Made by a program: the position numbers and the translations under genes. From Alphaproteobacteria bacterium (GTDB lineage Bacteria > Myxococcota_A > UBA796 > GCA-2862545): a stretch of 64,000 nt of DNA. A model generated the notes under the pieces. That model was not told where the DNA came from, did not search any database, and worked only from the letters and a program-made list of their open reading frames with translations. Shown in pieces: positions 47,511-58,088 of the stretch (position 1 is the stretch's first letter; each line of letters begins with the position of its first letter). The stretch is taken from positions 308,910 through 372,909 of the forward strand of contig JACKER010000007.1 in assembly GCA_020632925.1 (NCBI GenBank). The letters run 5' to 3'.

Positions 47511-48244
47511 GCGGGGTCCGGGCCACGCTCGGCGTCGGTCTGGTCGTCTGGGCGGCGCTGCTCGGGGTGTTCGGGGCGCCGGTGACCGCGCTGATCGCGC
47601 TCGGCGCCGCTGCCTCCACACGCATTCCGGGCCGCTGGCGCACGGCGGCGGTGCTCGTCCTCGCGCTCGCGCTGGGGACGCCGACGGCGCTGCTCGAGTA
47701 CCCGCGGCGGATCGACGCGATGCGCGCGAAGGTCGATGCCGGCGGCGACGGGGCGCTCTCGGTCCGCGACTGCGCCTCGATCTGGCTGCTCGACGTGGGT
47801 GTGGCGGTGGGTGGGTTGTTCGTGGGCTTCCCCGAGGCCGCCCTCGAGACGACGCTGATCCTGATCCCCGACGCCGACGGCCAGCGCACCTTCGCGTCGT
47901 CCTTCCCCGCGCGCGACCCCCGGGTCCGGGCGGTGGTGGACCGGTGGAAGCAGGGCTCGGGCAGCCGCTTCGGCCCGAAGCGGGTGGCCTTCGGGTACGA
48001 GGGTGGCCACGCGCGCTGGCGGGCGGCGCTGGCGCTCGATCCAATCACGCTCACGGGAGAGCGCCTGCCCGACGGCCGGCTCCGGATCGAGGGGACGGTC
48101 CCTTGCGACTACCACCCGGGCGCCCGCGTCCCGCTGCTGGAGCTGCCCGGCTACCACCTCGTGATCGACGAGACCCTGTTCGACGCGCTCGAGCATCGCG
48201 GTTGGATGTTCCCGTACACCGCCAGCTGGGTCTGGATCGAATAG
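47507..48244 (+). CDS. Membrane/hypothetical protein
   Basis: GTGA overlap with the DTW stop. N-terminal TM segments. Confidence 0.45.
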   Translation: MSGVRATLGVGLVVWAALLGVFGAPVTALIALGAAASTRIPGRWRTAAVLVLALALGTPTALLEYPRRIDAMRAKVDAGGDGALSVRDCASIWLLDVGVAVGGLFVGFPEAALETTLILIPDADGQRTFASSFPARDPRVRAVVDRWKQGSGSRFGPKRVAFGYEGGHARWRAALALDPITLTGERLPDGRLRIEGTVPCDYHPGARVPLLELPGYHLVIDETLFDALEHRGWMFPYTASWVWIE

Positions 48245-48264
48245 AGGGCGCGGGGAGGTTCGGA

Positions 48265-49995
48265 ATGGACGGAGGTTCGCGCGTCGCGGAGGTCCTGCGG
48301 GCACACGGGGTGCCGTTCCTGTTCACGCTCGTGGGTGGGCACATCTCGCCGATCCTGGTGGGCGCGAAGCAGCGCGGCATCCGCGTCGTCGACGTGCGGC
48401 ACGAGGTGAACGCGGTGTTCGCCGCCGACGCCGTCGCGCGCCTGACCGGGATCCCGGGCGTGGCCGCGGTGACCGCCGGTCCGGGCGTGACCAACGCGCT
48501 GACCGCCATCAAGAACGCGCAGCTGGCGCAGTCGCCCATCGTGCTGCTCGGCGGCGCCACCGCGACCATCCTGCGCGGGCGCGGATCGCTCCAGGACATC
48601 GATCAGACCGCGCTCATGAAGCCCCACGTGAAGTGGATGGCGCGCCCCAACCGCCTGGTCGAGGTCGTGCCGGCGCTCGAGGAGGCCTTCCACCACGCGA
48701 TGGAGGGTGTCCCCGGCCCGGTGTTCGTCGAGCTCGCGGTCGACCTCCTGTACGACCGGAAGATCGTGCGCGAGTGGTCCGCGAAGCAGCTCGACAAGCC
48801 CAACAAGACCATCGGCGAGCGCGCGATCTCCGCCTATGTCCGCGGCCACCTCCGCTGGACCTTCTCGGGCAGCAAGGACCCGCGCTTCCACGCGCCCAAG
48901 CCGGTCCCCGTGCCGACGCCCGCCGAGCGCGAGCTGGGCAAGGCGGTGGAGCTTCTGTCGAACGCGGAGCGGCCGCTGCTCGTGCTCGGGTCGCAGACCA
49001 TGCTGCACCCGAACCGCGTGAACGAGCTGGTCGAGGCCGTCGAGCGGCTCAACGTCCCGGTCTACCTCTCGGGGATGGCGCGGGGGCTGCTGCCCGCCGG
49101 CCACCGGCTGCTCTTCCGCCACAAGCGGCGCGATGCGCTCAAGCAGGCCGACGTCGTGCTGCTCTCCGGCGTCCCCAACGACTTCCGCCTCGACTACGGC
49201 AGCCACGTGAGCCGCTGCTCGGTGATCGGCGTGAACCTCTCGAAGGAGGACCTCACGAAGAACCGGCGCCCGCAGGTGGGCATCCTCGCGGACCCGCACC
49301 ACACCATCGTCTCCCTGTCGCACAAGGTCGCGAGCAAGGACCGCGCGGGCTGGCTCGAGACGCTCGCGGGTCGCGACGCCGGGCGTGAGTCGGAGATCGA
49401 CGCGATGGCGGGTGCCGCGACGGACGAGGACCGCCTGAACCCGGTGCGCTTCTGCCGCCAGATGAACACCGCGCTGGCCGACGACAGCGTGCTGGTCGGG
49501 GACGGCGGCGACTTCGTCGCGACCGCGGCGTACACGGTCTCTCCTCGCCGTCCTCTCTCCTGGCTGGACCCTGGCGTGTTCGGGACGCTCGGGGTCGGCG
49601 CGGGCTTCGCGCTCGGCGCCAAGCTCGTGCGCCCGGACGCCGACGTGTGGCTGCTGTGGGGCGACGGCGCCGCAGGCTTCTCGCTCGTCGAGATGGACAC
49701 CTTCGTCCGCCACGGGCTGCCGGTGATCGCGGTCGTGGGCAACGACGCCGGCTGGACCCAGATCCTGCGCGACCAGGAGCCCATGCTCGGCGACGACGTG
49801 GCCTGCCGCCTGGCGTACACCGACTACCACGAGGTCGCGAAGGGCTTCGGCGCCGCCGGCCTGCGGGTCTCGGACCACGACAAGGTCGACGGCACGCTCG
49901 AGGAGGCCATCTCCACCAGTCGCGCGGGTCAGCCCGTGCTGGTCAACGCCATCCTCGGCTCGACGGACTTCCGGAAGGGCTCGATCTCGATGTAG
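48265..49995 (+). CDS. Thiamine-pyrophosphate enzyme, acetolactate synthase large subunit-like (ILVBL/HACL-like)
   Basis: 576 aa. TPP-binding GDGAAGF… motif. N-terminal Pyr domain. GGGGAGG RBS. Confidence 0.75.
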   Translation: MDGGSRVAEVLRAHGVPFLFTLVGGHISPILVGAKQRGIRVVDVRHEVNAVFAADAVARLTGIPGVAAVTAGPGVTNALTAIKNAQLAQSPIVLLGGATATILRGRGSLQDIDQTALMKPHVKWMARPNRLVEVVPALEEAFHHAMEGVPGPVFVELAVDLLYDRKIVREWSAKQLDKPNKTIGERAISAYVRGHLRWTFSGSKDPRFHAPKPVPVPTPAERELGKAVELLSNAERPLLVLGSQTMLHPNRVNELVEAVERLNVPVYLSGMARGLLPAGHRLLFRHKRRDALKQADVVLLSGVPNDFRLDYGSHVSRCSVIGVNLSKEDLTKNRRPQVGILADPHHTIVSLSHKVASKDRAGWLETLAGRDAGRESEIDAMAGAATDEDRLNPVRFCRQMNTALADDSVLVGDGGDFVATAAYTVSPRRPLSWLDPGVFGTLGVGAGFALGAKLVRPDADVWLLWGDGAAGFSLVEMDTFVRHGLPVIAVVGNDAGWTQILRDQEPMLGDDVACRLAYTDYHEVAKGFGAAGLRVSDHDKVDGTLEEAISTSRAGQPVLVNAILGSTDFRKGSISM

Positions 49996-49996
49996 C

Positions 49997-52894
49997 TCAG
50001 AACTCGAAGCCGACGTTCGCGAGGAAGGACCGGCCCTGCTGGGGCATCGTGCGGCTCGCGAACGTGTCGGTGACGGGGATGGCGTAGGCCTGGTCGAACA
50101 CGTTGTAGGCGCCGACGGAGTAGGTCAGGCCGCTGTTCGGCGGGGAGCCCGACAGCACGAGGTCGGCGACCACCGCGGTGTCCGTCTCCCGCTCGCTCAG
50201 CGTGTTGATGCGGCGCGGGGCCTCGAGGGTCGCCCGGAACGCGATGCGGGCGTACGGCTCGGAGATGGGCGCGATCACCTTCGCGGAGGCGAAGTGGTAG
50301 GGGGCGTTCGGGATCCGCACGTTCGTCCCATCCTCCTCGATCGCGTCCGCGAACAGGAACCCGTACATCCCCGTGAACATCCACCCGCCGCGGTAGTCCC
50401 GGGCCAGCTCGAAGTCCATGCCTCGCGTGAACAGCGGATCCTCGCCGTTCTGGTACACGATGGCGTCCGGGAAGTCCTCGCCCGCGGGCACGGTGGTCAT
50501 GATGCCGTCGGCGCGGGCGAAGTGCCCGGAGATCAGCGCGCGCACACCACCCTCGAAGGAGTGGGTGGCCTCGAGCTCCGCCGAGAGCACCGACTCCGGG
50601 CGCAGCTCGATGCCCAGGTCGTCCGGCGGCACCTGGAAGAAGCCGCCGTCGTTGTACGTGAGCTCGTAGGCGCTGGGGGCGCGGAAGGCGCGGCCGCCCA
50701 TGAGCTTCACGACGTCGCGCTCGGTGGGCTTCACGATGACCGCGAGCCGTGGGTTCACGCTGGCGCCGAAGGTCGACCAGTAGTCGACGCGCGCGCCCGT
50801 CGAGGTCCGCAGCCAGTCCGTGGGCCGCCAGTCGAGCACCGTGTACGCCGCGAGGATGCTGTAGGGGAGTGACTCGTCGAGGTAGACGTCGACGTTGCCG
50901 CCCGGGAACTCGGTCTGGCCGTCCAGGGTGAGGACGAAGGAGCCGTCCACCTCGGCGCCCGTGGTCCAGCGGACCTGGTCGGTGTCGAGCACACCGCGGA
51001 CCTCGCCACCTGCCCAGCGCCCGCGGTACACCTCGGGGTTGACGACGACGGCGTCGATGTCGCGCGACGGGTCGTAGATGTAGGTCCCGTCGAAGTCGTA
51101 CATGTTCGCGAAGCCGCGCGTGAAGAGCTGGAAGCTGTCGGAGAGCTTCGGCTCGTAGCGCAGCTCGAACAGCCCGCGACGGTCCGTCCACACCGTGTCC
51201 GGGTTTCCGAACTGCGTGCCGTAGGCGCCGGTCGGGATGGACTGGCTGCGCACGGTGTAGAACCACTGCGCCGTGACGGGGCCCGCCCAGCCGTTGCCGG
51301 CGAGGGTGTACGCCGTGAAGGCATCGAAGCCGTCGACCACGGTCGGGACGGTCTCGCCTCCCTGGCGGAGCTCGAGCGTCTCCTGCCGTCCATCGCTGCG
51401 GGCGCCCGCCAGGCTGGCCCAGAAGCCCTTGTCGCCGCCGTTCACCGTGACGCTGCCGCGCGCTCGCATGACGCCGTTGTCGTACCCGCCGACGGCGACC
51501 TGCCCGGAGGTGGGCCGGTCGTGGGAGCGCGTCACGAGGTTGACGACGCCGCTGACCGCGCCCGTGCCGTAGAGCACGGACCCCGGGCCGCGGACGACCT
51601 CGATCCGCTCGACGTCGCCGAGGTCGGTGCGACCGTCGTAGCCGATGAAGGACTGGTACAGGATGTTGTCGTTGAGGACCGCGCCGTCCGACAGGATCAG
51701 CAGGCGGTTGCCGAAGTCGTTGGCCTGCCCGAGCCCGCGGACCGCCACCGAGCTGTACGTCGAGTCGAAGCCGAGCGCGGTGCCGCGCACGCCTCGCAGC
51801 GCCTCGTAGATCGTCGGGTAGGCGAAGGCGCGCAGCTCGGCGCCCGTGATGACGGAGACCGAGGAGGGCGCGTCGACGATGGCCTCCTCGGCGCGGGAGG
51901 CGGCGCTGACGAGCGAGGCGGGGACGAGCACGATGCCCGACAGGTCGACCTCGCGCTCCTCGCTCACGGTCACGGTGGTCTCGAAGGACTCGTAGCCGCG
52001 GAGCGACACCTTCACGACGCGCTCGCCGACGGGGACCCCCGTGAGCACGCTCGGGGTGAAGCCCATGGGCCGGCCGTCGACCTCGATGACCGCGTCGCGC
52101 TCGTCCGCGCTGACCACGAGGGTGCCCGTGATCGGCAACAGCTCGGGCGAGATCGTGATCTGCTGGTCGCGCTCCACGTCGACGATGCGGGGCACGCCGC
52201 GGAAGCCTTCGCGCACGAAGTACAGCAGCTGCTGACCGGGTGGCAGATCGGTCGTGCAGGGGGTCGTGCACAGCTCGGGTCCGCTGTCGCTCCCGAGGTG
52301 GACGACCGTGCCCGGATCCCCCTCGATCCGGACCTGACCGACGATGGGGACGAGCTCGAAGGACAGCTCCTGCGTCCGTCCTCGGGTCAGCGCGAACTCG
52401 TCGGTGGCGACCGACTCGTGGCCGTCGAGCCGGAGCAGGAATCGGTGCTTGCCGGGGGTGTACGCCAGGACCGTCGGCGTGGTCGCGACGGAGCCCAGGT
52501 CCTCGCGGTCGACGAACACGGTCGCGCCGGGCGGGTCGGTCGTGATCTCGACCAGCGCCACGCGGGGGGCGATGCGACGCAACGACTCGTCGATCGCCGC
52601 CAGCGCGTCGGGGCGCTCCTCGCCGACCCGGGCGTCCTGGAACCAGCGGTAGGCCTCCGGGTACTGCTCGAGCGCCTCGTACGTCCGACCGATGTTGAAC
52701 ATGACTGAGCGATTCGGGGCGAGCCGGTTCGACTGCAGGTAGAAGACCAGGGCCTCGGAGAACCGTCCCTCCTGGTACGCCTCGGTCGCCAGACGGAAGG
52801 CGGCGTCGGCCTCGTCGGCTGAGCCGCCCGCGAGGGCGGGGATGGACAGGGCGAGGAGGGCGACGCAGGTCGCGAGGCGGAGGTGAGCGAGCAC
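49997..52894 (-). CDS. TonB-dependent outer-membrane receptor with N-terminal TPR + PEGA extension
   Basis: Signal peptide. TonB-box/plug region. C-terminal …NVGFEF terminal Phe. 965 aa. Confidence 0.75.
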   Translation of the reverse strand: MLAHLRLATCVALLALSIPALAGGSADEADAAFRLATEAYQEGRFSEALVFYLQSNRLAPNRSVMFNIGRTYEALEQYPEAYRWFQDARVGEERPDALAAIDESLRRIAPRVALVEITTDPPGATVFVDREDLGSVATTPTVLAYTPGKHRFLLRLDGHESVATDEFALTRGRTQELSFELVPIVGQVRIEGDPGTVVHLGSDSGPELCTTPCTTDLPPGQQLLYFVREGFRGVPRIVDVERDQQITISPELLPITGTLVVSADERDAVIEVDGRPMGFTPSVLTGVPVGERVVKVSLRGYESFETTVTVSEEREVDLSGIVLVPASLVSAASRAEEAIVDAPSSVSVITGAELRAFAYPTIYEALRGVRGTALGFDSTYSSVAVRGLGQANDFGNRLLILSDGAVLNDNILYQSFIGYDGRTDLGDVERIEVVRGPGSVLYGTGAVSGVVNLVTRSHDRPTSGQVAVGGYDNGVMRARGSVTVNGGDKGFWASLAGARSDGRQETLELRQGGETVPTVVDGFDAFTAYTLAGNGWAGPVTAQWFYTVRSQSIPTGAYGTQFGNPDTVWTDRRGLFELRYEPKLSDSFQLFTRGFANMYDFDGTYIYDPSRDIDAVVVNPEVYRGRWAGGEVRGVLDTDQVRWTTGAEVDGSFVLTLDGQTEFPGGNVDVYLDESLPYSILAAYTVLDWRPTDWLRTSTGARVDYWSTFGASVNPRLAVIVKPTERDVVKLMGGRAFRAPSAYELTYNDGGFFQVPPDDLGIELRPESVLSAELEATHSFEGGVRALISGHFARADGIMTTVPAGEDFPDAIVYQNGEDPLFTRGMDFELARDYRGGWMFTGMYGFLFADAIEEDGTNVRIPNAPYHFASAKVIAPISEPYARIAFRATLEAPRRINTLSERETDTAVVADLVLSGSPPNSGLTYSVGAYNVFDQAYAIPVTDTFASRTMPQQGRSFLANVGFEF

Positions 52895-52906
52895 GTGGGC
52901 TCCGGA

Positions 52907-54415
52907 TCAGCGGGTGAGGTTGATCTCGCGTCCCTTGGGGGCGGCCTGCTCGGGGGCGGGCTCGGGACGCACGGGGCGGGGAGTGGTGGGTGCGACCGGA
53001 CGTGGGCGCTGCGCGGGTCGGACCGGCACGAGGTCGGCGGACACCCGGCGGTCGCCTCCACCGAAGCCGAGGACGACCTGAAAGGGCTCGTGTCCGTCGA
53101 GCGCCAGGACGAGGGTGCGCTCGGGGTCCTGCTCGCGGACCTCGAGCACCAGCGGCGTCGTGCCGAGCGTCCGATCCCCGTCGCGGACCTCGGCGCCAGG
53201 AGGCACCGACACGATCGTGACCTGCTCGGGGGTGGTGGCGACGGGTGCCGGCTCGGGCGACGGAGGCAGCGCTGGCGCGGACACGGGCGCGGGCTCGGGT
53301 GTGGCCGGCGGCCCGCCGGCGGTGCGAGCGACACCCGACACCAGGAACCCCAGGCCGACGATCGCGATCGCCAGCAGGCCGATCGCGACCAGCACGAGCG
53401 CGCCCACCAGCGGGAGGTTCGAGCCGCGGCGCTGCTCGACCGGGAGCATCGGGGGCGGCGTCGTCGGGGCCGAGATCGGCGTCACCGGCGGCGGCGGCTC
53501 CTGCTCGCGTTGGGGGCGCGGCGGGGTGACGCGGTTGGGCAGCGGCGCAGGGGTGGGCGCCATCATCAACGGGGAGGCCTCGGCCTCCTGCCGAGAGCCC
53601 ACGACCGCTTCGACGACGTCGAGCAGCTCTGGCGGCACGACCGTGTGCCCCTGCTCCAGGCGTGGCACGTGCTGCCAGCGCGTCGGATCGTCCAGGACGG
53701 CGACGACCACGGTGAGGGCGCGCCCCAGCTGGTCGACGGTGGCGAAGCGCTCGTTCGCGTCGCGGCGGAGCGCCGTGCGCAGCGCCCACTCCAGGCTCGC
53801 GGGGGCGGAGGCGAGCGCGGGGCCATCGTCGGGCTCCGTCCAGGTGCCGCCGCTGCACGCGAAGGCCACGATCGCGGCGATGGCGTACACGTCCTCGGTC
53901 GGGCCCGGGATTCGCCCAGGGACGTGCTCGGGCGCGGACGCGGGGTTGTGGGGGCGCTGGTACACCCTCGCGAACCCCCCGAGCTTCACGTGGTTCCAGG
54001 CGGCGCCGTGGCGGGTGATCCAGATGTCGTCCGCGCGGAGGTCACCGTGGACCAGCCCGGCGCGGTGGGCCGCGGAGAGCGCCTCGCAGAGCTGCTGGCC
54101 GACGTGCAGCGCTCGCGACAGGTCCATCGCGCCGCTCTCGACGGCCTCCGCGAGCGTCGTCCCGAACACGTGCTCGGTCGCGAGCCAGCTGCCCGTCTCC
54201 GAGGCGCCGTGGTCGAGGAGACGGACGAGGTGCGGGTCGGCGAGGCTCCTCCACAGCGCCAGACGGGACGCGTGGTGAGGGCTGCGCTCGACACGATCGG
54301 AGAGCTCGATGCCCACCGCTCGGCCATCGGGGCCTTCGGCTCGATGAACGCCGGGGAGGAGGTCCGAGTCCGCTGGTAGCCGGTACTTACCGGCGAGGCG
54401 GTCACTGGTCGACAT
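52907..54415 (-). CDS. Pseudokinase (degenerate Ser/Thr kinase fold) with TM and C-terminal PEGA domain
   Basis: HGDLRADDI in place of HRDLKxxN. No Gly-rich loop and no VAIK Lys. GGF in place of DFG. Pro-rich linker. PEGA-like C-terminus. Confidence 0.55.
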   Translation of the reverse strand: MSTSDRLAGKYRLPADSDLLPGVHRAEGPDGRAVGIELSDRVERSPHHASRLALWRSLADPHLVRLLDHGASETGSWLATEHVFGTTLAEAVESGAMDLSRALHVGQQLCEALSAAHRAGLVHGDLRADDIWITRHGAAWNHVKLGGFARVYQRPHNPASAPEHVPGRIPGPTEDVYAIAAIVAFACSGGTWTEPDDGPALASAPASLEWALRTALRRDANERFATVDQLGRALTVVVAVLDDPTRWQHVPRLEQGHTVVPPELLDVVEAVVGSRQEAEASPLMMAPTPAPLPNRVTPPRPQREQEPPPPVTPISAPTTPPPMLPVEQRRGSNLPLVGALVLVAIGLLAIAIVGLGFLVSGVARTAGGPPATPEPAPVSAPALPPSPEPAPVATTPEQVTIVSVPPGAEVRDGDRTLGTTPLVLEVREQDPERTLVLALDGHEPFQVVLGFGGGDRRVSADLVPVRPAQRPRPVAPTTPRPVRPEPAPEQAAPKGREINLTR

Positions 54416-54567
54416 CCGAAACGTGTAGCGCAGCTCGTGTGACGAATGTTACCCTTCTATGGCAGTACCCATATTGTCAGCATTCATGCCTGGTGATGGG
54501 CGGGTGTGTTTTCGTTGACATTGCGTCATGGTGGCGCGGGAGCCCTCGATGGGCCCCCAGTGGGCGT
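54416..54567. promoter_or_regulatory. Lower-GC intergenic block, putative internal promoter
   Basis: gaatgttacccttctatggcagtacccatattgtcagcattcatgcc is distinctly AT-richer than its surroundings. Confidence 0.3.
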
Positions 54568-56586
54568 TCAGCGGCAGGGGACGCCGTTCTCGTCGACCCA
54601 GATCGGCCGCCTGACCCCCGTCATGAGCAGCGTGACCTCACGGCAGCGTGAGCCCGACAACGTCGCGGCCCGGTGGATCAGCTCGGAGAGCTGCCGATCC
54701 TCGGGGTGACCCGGGCGTGCGGCGTCGTCGGCCAACCCGGCGATCCGGTCGAAGCTCGTCCCCATGACGTAGGGGCTGTGGCGGAGGCGCTCCGCGAACA
54801 GCGCAGTCGTCACGGCCATCCGGTGGTCCCGCGAGGCCTCCTCGAACGAGGGCTGCATCGCCGCCGTCGGCATGGCGTAGCTCCACTCCGTGGACGCGGT
54901 GTCGGCGCCCGGGGGCTTCCCGCGCAGGCGGACGGTGGCGAGCTCGCCGGTGCTCCCGCGCACCCGCTCCACCTCGTAGAGCGCGGTCACGGTGTGCCCG
55001 GCCCCGACCTCGCCGGCGTCGATCGCGTCGTCGGCGAAGTCCCGGTCGCGCAGGGCGCGGTTCTCGTACCCGACCTGGCGATAGCGGACGACCGTCTCGG
55101 GGTTCCACGCCACCTGGATCTTCACGTCGCGGGCGACGACCTCGAGGGTGGAGGTGAGCTCGTCGACGAAGATGCGCTTCGCCTCCTCCTCGCCGTCCAC
55201 GTAGTAATAGTTGCCGTCGCCGTCGTTCGCGAGCTGCTCCATCCGGGCGTCCTGGTAGTTGCCCTGCCCGAAGCCGAGCGTGGTGAGCGTGATGCCCTCC
55301 TTCGCGTACCGGCGGATGCCGTCGGTCAGCGTGCCCGTCGTCGTGACCCCGACGTTGGCGTCGCCGTCGCTGGCGATGATCACGCGGTTCGTGTGGCCCG
55401 GGCGCAGCGTCTGGTGTGCCAGATCGTAGGCGAGCTGGATGCCCTGGCCCATCGCGGTGGAGCCGCCGGCCCTGAGCCGGTCGAGCGAGCGCAGGATGGT
55501 GGCCTGGTCGGTCGCCGGCGTCACGGGCAACACCACCCCCGCCGAGCCCGAGTAGGTCACGATGGCGACGGTGTCGCCGTCCTGCAGCTGCTCCACGAGC
55601 ATGCCGAGCGAGGTCTTCACGAGCTCGAGGCGGTCCCGGCCCTGCATCGAGCCGCTGGTGTCCACCAGGAACACCAGGTGCACGGGCTGGCGCTGGGTCG
55701 CGTCTCGCGCGGCGACCGTGATGCGCACGAGCTCGTTGTCGGACACGGGCGACGGGCTCCCCTCGAACTGGACCGCGAACGGCCCGCTCTCGGGCTGCGG
55801 CACGTCGTAGTCGAGCGCGTTGACGAACTCCTCGGTGCGGACGCTGGCCGGGTCAGGGAGGAAGCCCTGGCGCAGCTGGCGGCGCGCCCAGGTGAACGAG
55901 CCGCGGTCCACGTCGATGGAGAAGGTGGAGAGGGGCTGCTCGCGGGTGTCGCGGAACGGGGAGACGCCGTGGTCCTCGAAGCCGTCGTGGCCGGTCGGGT
56001 CGGCCATGGGCGGGATCTCGATCGTGCCGTCGATGTCGCCGTCGGCCGGGCCGGCGTACCCCAGAGACCTCAGGACCTCGTCCAGCCCATCGCCTTCGGC
56101 GTGCGGCTTCCTGACCGGCGCCTTGACGACGAGCCTGCTGCGGAGTGCCTCCGGCGGCACGTCCGTCGCGTACCTCTCGGCGCCGGGCCGCGCGGGACGC
56201 TCGCTCACGATCGTCGTCGTGTCCGTCGCGACCACGACCTCCGCGGGCGTGGGCTCGCCGCGCGTCGTGAACAGGAGCGCACCGCCGCCGCCGAGGACGA
56301 CCGCCGACAGTGACGCGGCCATCAGCGCGGAGACGCCGCCGAGCCACATCCAGCGGCGGTTCGCCGGCTTCGGCATCACGCGGGCCTCGAGCCCTTCGGG
56401 CACCAGCGTCGGCTCGGGCACGGCGCGGGCGAAGCGCTGGTCGAAGCGCTCCCGCAGGGCGGGCACGGCGTCCAGCGCCAGCGCCACCTCGTCGGCGAGG
56501 TCCTCGCCCGAGGCCGGGTCCCAGGCGTCGATCAGCGCGCCCAGTCGCTCGATCTCCTTCTCGGTCCAGGTGTGCTCGGCGCTCAT
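54568..56586 (-). CDS. Anti-sigma factor-like membrane protein with a periplasmic vWA domain (YfbK/DUF3520-like)
   Basis: ATGA overlap with the ECF sigma stop. TM segment. vWA MIDAS motif DTSGSM…. DUF3520-like C-terminus. The track ORF over-extends to 56928. Confidence 0.65.
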   Translation of the reverse strand: MSAEHTWTEKEIERLGALIDAWDPASGEDLADEVALALDAVPALRERFDQRFARAVPEPTLVPEGLEARVMPKPANRRWMWLGGVSALMAASLSAVVLGGGGALLFTTRGEPTPAEVVVATDTTTIVSERPARPGAERYATDVPPEALRSRLVVKAPVRKPHAEGDGLDEVLRSLGYAGPADGDIDGTIEIPPMADPTGHDGFEDHGVSPFRDTREQPLSTFSIDVDRGSFTWARRQLRQGFLPDPASVRTEEFVNALDYDVPQPESGPFAVQFEGSPSPVSDNELVRITVAARDATQRQPVHLVFLVDTSGSMQGRDRLELVKTSLGMLVEQLQDGDTVAIVTYSGSAGVVLPVTPATDQATILRSLDRLRAGGSTAMGQGIQLAYDLAHQTLRPGHTNRVIIASDGDANVGVTTTGTLTDGIRRYAKEGITLTTLGFGQGNYQDARMEQLANDGDGNYYYVDGEEEAKRIFVDELTSTLEVVARDVKIQVAWNPETVVRYRQVGYENRALRDRDFADDAIDAGEVGAGHTVTALYEVERVRGSTGELATVRLRGKPPGADTASTEWSYAMPTAAMQPSFEEASRDHRMAVTTALFAERLRHSPYVMGTSFDRIAGLADDAARPGHPEDRQLSELIHRAATLSGSRCREVTLLMTGVRRPIWVDENGVPCR

Positions 56587-57110
56587 CGTCCCACCCCCTC
56601 GTCGGCGGCCACCGCCGCCAGCGTGCCCCGCAACGTGAGCCGCCCCCGAGCGACCCTGCTGGCGACCGTGCCGGGGGGCACCCCGAGCACGCCCGCGGCC
56701 TCCGCGAACGAGAAGCCCTGCCCGTCGATCAACCACACGGCCTCCCGCTGATCCGCGGGCAGCCCGTCCATCGCGTCCGACAGCCGCTGACCGAGCTGTC
56801 TGCGCTCCGCCTGCCGATCGGGTCGCGCCCGATCCAGAGGGATCACCTGTCCCTCCGTTCCTTCGTCGAGCTGCACCTCGTCCCTCCGCGGCCGGCTGTT
56901 CAGGAAGGTCGTGTAGAGGACGCGGCACTGCCAGACCTCGAAGGCGCCGTCGTCCTGGAGCTGGGAGAGGCGTGCGAGCCCACGGAGCAGGGACTGTTGG
57001 ACGAGGTCCTCGGCGGTCACCGGATCCCGGGTCAGCCGCACCGCGAACCGGTACAGGGTCCCCAGGACGGGTCGTACCAGCCGCTCGAACCTCGCGTGGT
57101 CTCTGCCCAT
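56583..57110 (-). CDS. ECF-type RNA polymerase sigma factor
   Basis: Sigma-70 region 2 and region 4 (…DLVQQSLLRGLARLSQ…, …FSFAEAAGVLGVPPGTVASRVARGR). Alternative start at 57131. Confidence 0.75.
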   Translation of the reverse strand: MGRDHARFERLVRPVLGTLYRFAVRLTRDPVTAEDLVQQSLLRGLARLSQLQDDGAFEVWQCRVLYTTFLNSRPRRDEVQLDEGTEGQVIPLDRARPDRQAERRQLGQRLSDAMDGLPADQREAVWLIDGQGFSFAEAAGVLGVPPGTVASRVARGRLTLRGTLAAVAADEGVGR

Positions 57111-57164
57111 CGTGCTCGTCGTCGCTCCCACCGGACGGACAGGGTCAGCCGCGGATCTCGTCCA

Positions 57165-58088
57165 TCATTCCCGAAAAAAGATCCGAGAGGGGCGAGAGTC
57201 GGCGATGAACGGTCCATACGTGGAGCCGTCCTCCCGCTCGAGGAGCCAGGCGTGGGTGGACCAGGTGGGTTGTGCGCGCAGCTCACCGGGGGCGACGACC
57301 CCGTAATCGCGCCGCTCGCCCCGGTGATCGAGCCACCACAGGCGCCAGGTGGCGTCGGTGGTGTTGTGGACGACGATGTCGGTGGGGAGCCTGCCGCGGC
57401 CGGAGCGCCTGCGGTCGACCGGGCGAAGCGTGGTCCAGCGGACCCTGCCCGGCGCGCGACGTCCGCCGAGGACGGCGTCGATCAGCTCGAAGGAGACGGG
57501 GTCGTAGGCCCGGAGCCCGTCGGGACCGTCCGCTGGCGGGGAGGGGAGACGCCCGTGGTCGCCGCGGCTGCCGACCCACCACATCGCGAGCTCGGCGAAG
57601 AACTCCTCGGCGTTGGTGCCGGCGTAGGCCTGGTTCCAGCGGCCCTCGGCGAGCGCCTCGGCGTGCCGGCGGCGGACCGCGTCGCGCAGCGGGCGGTCGA
57701 GGCCGAACGAGAGCACCGCGTGCGCGAGCTCGTGGGCGCAGATGTCGCGGTGGTCGCGGTGCCGCGCGGTGGGCAGGCGGAGGAGCGAGTCCTCGTCGAC
57801 GCAGGCGTGCAGCCCGCCGTAGCCACGGCCCCGCTCGTCCACGGTCTGGCCGTCGAAGCGGGGGAGGCTCTTGAGGTGGCGCAGCCCGGGCAGGTCGGAG
57901 GGCACCTGGTCGCGTCCGATCAGGTGGAGCTCGACGCCGGCCTCTTCCAGGTTCGCGACCACCCCGGGACACCGTCCCAGCAGCCGCTCGATGCGCCGCT
58001 CCGCCTCGTCCAGCGCCTCGTCCGGCACGGCGGCGTGTGCTCGGACGGTCACCCCGCGCCGCACGCGCTCCTTCGAGAAGAAGCTCAC
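57165..58088 (-). CDS. Zinc-dependent peptidase, MtfA/M90-like (HExxH … EEFFAE)
   Basis: CAHELAHAV + …NAEEFFAELAMWW glutamate-zincin pattern. GTG start in GTGA overlap with the Kir stop. Confidence 0.55.
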   Translation of the reverse strand: MSFFSKERVRRGVTVRAHAAVPDEALDEAERRIERLLGRCPGVVANLEEAGVELHLIGRDQVPSDLPGLRHLKSLPRFDGQTVDERGRGYGGLHACVDEDSLLRLPTARHRDHRDICAHELAHAVLSFGLDRPLRDAVRRRHAEALAEGRWNQAYAGTNAEEFFAELAMWWVGSRGDHGRLPSPPADGPDGLRAYDPVSFELIDAVLGGRRAPGRVRWTTLRPVDRRRSGRGRLPTDIVVHNTTDATWRLWWLDHRGERRDYGVVAPGELRAQPTWSTHAWLLEREDGSTYGPFIADSRPSRIFFRE

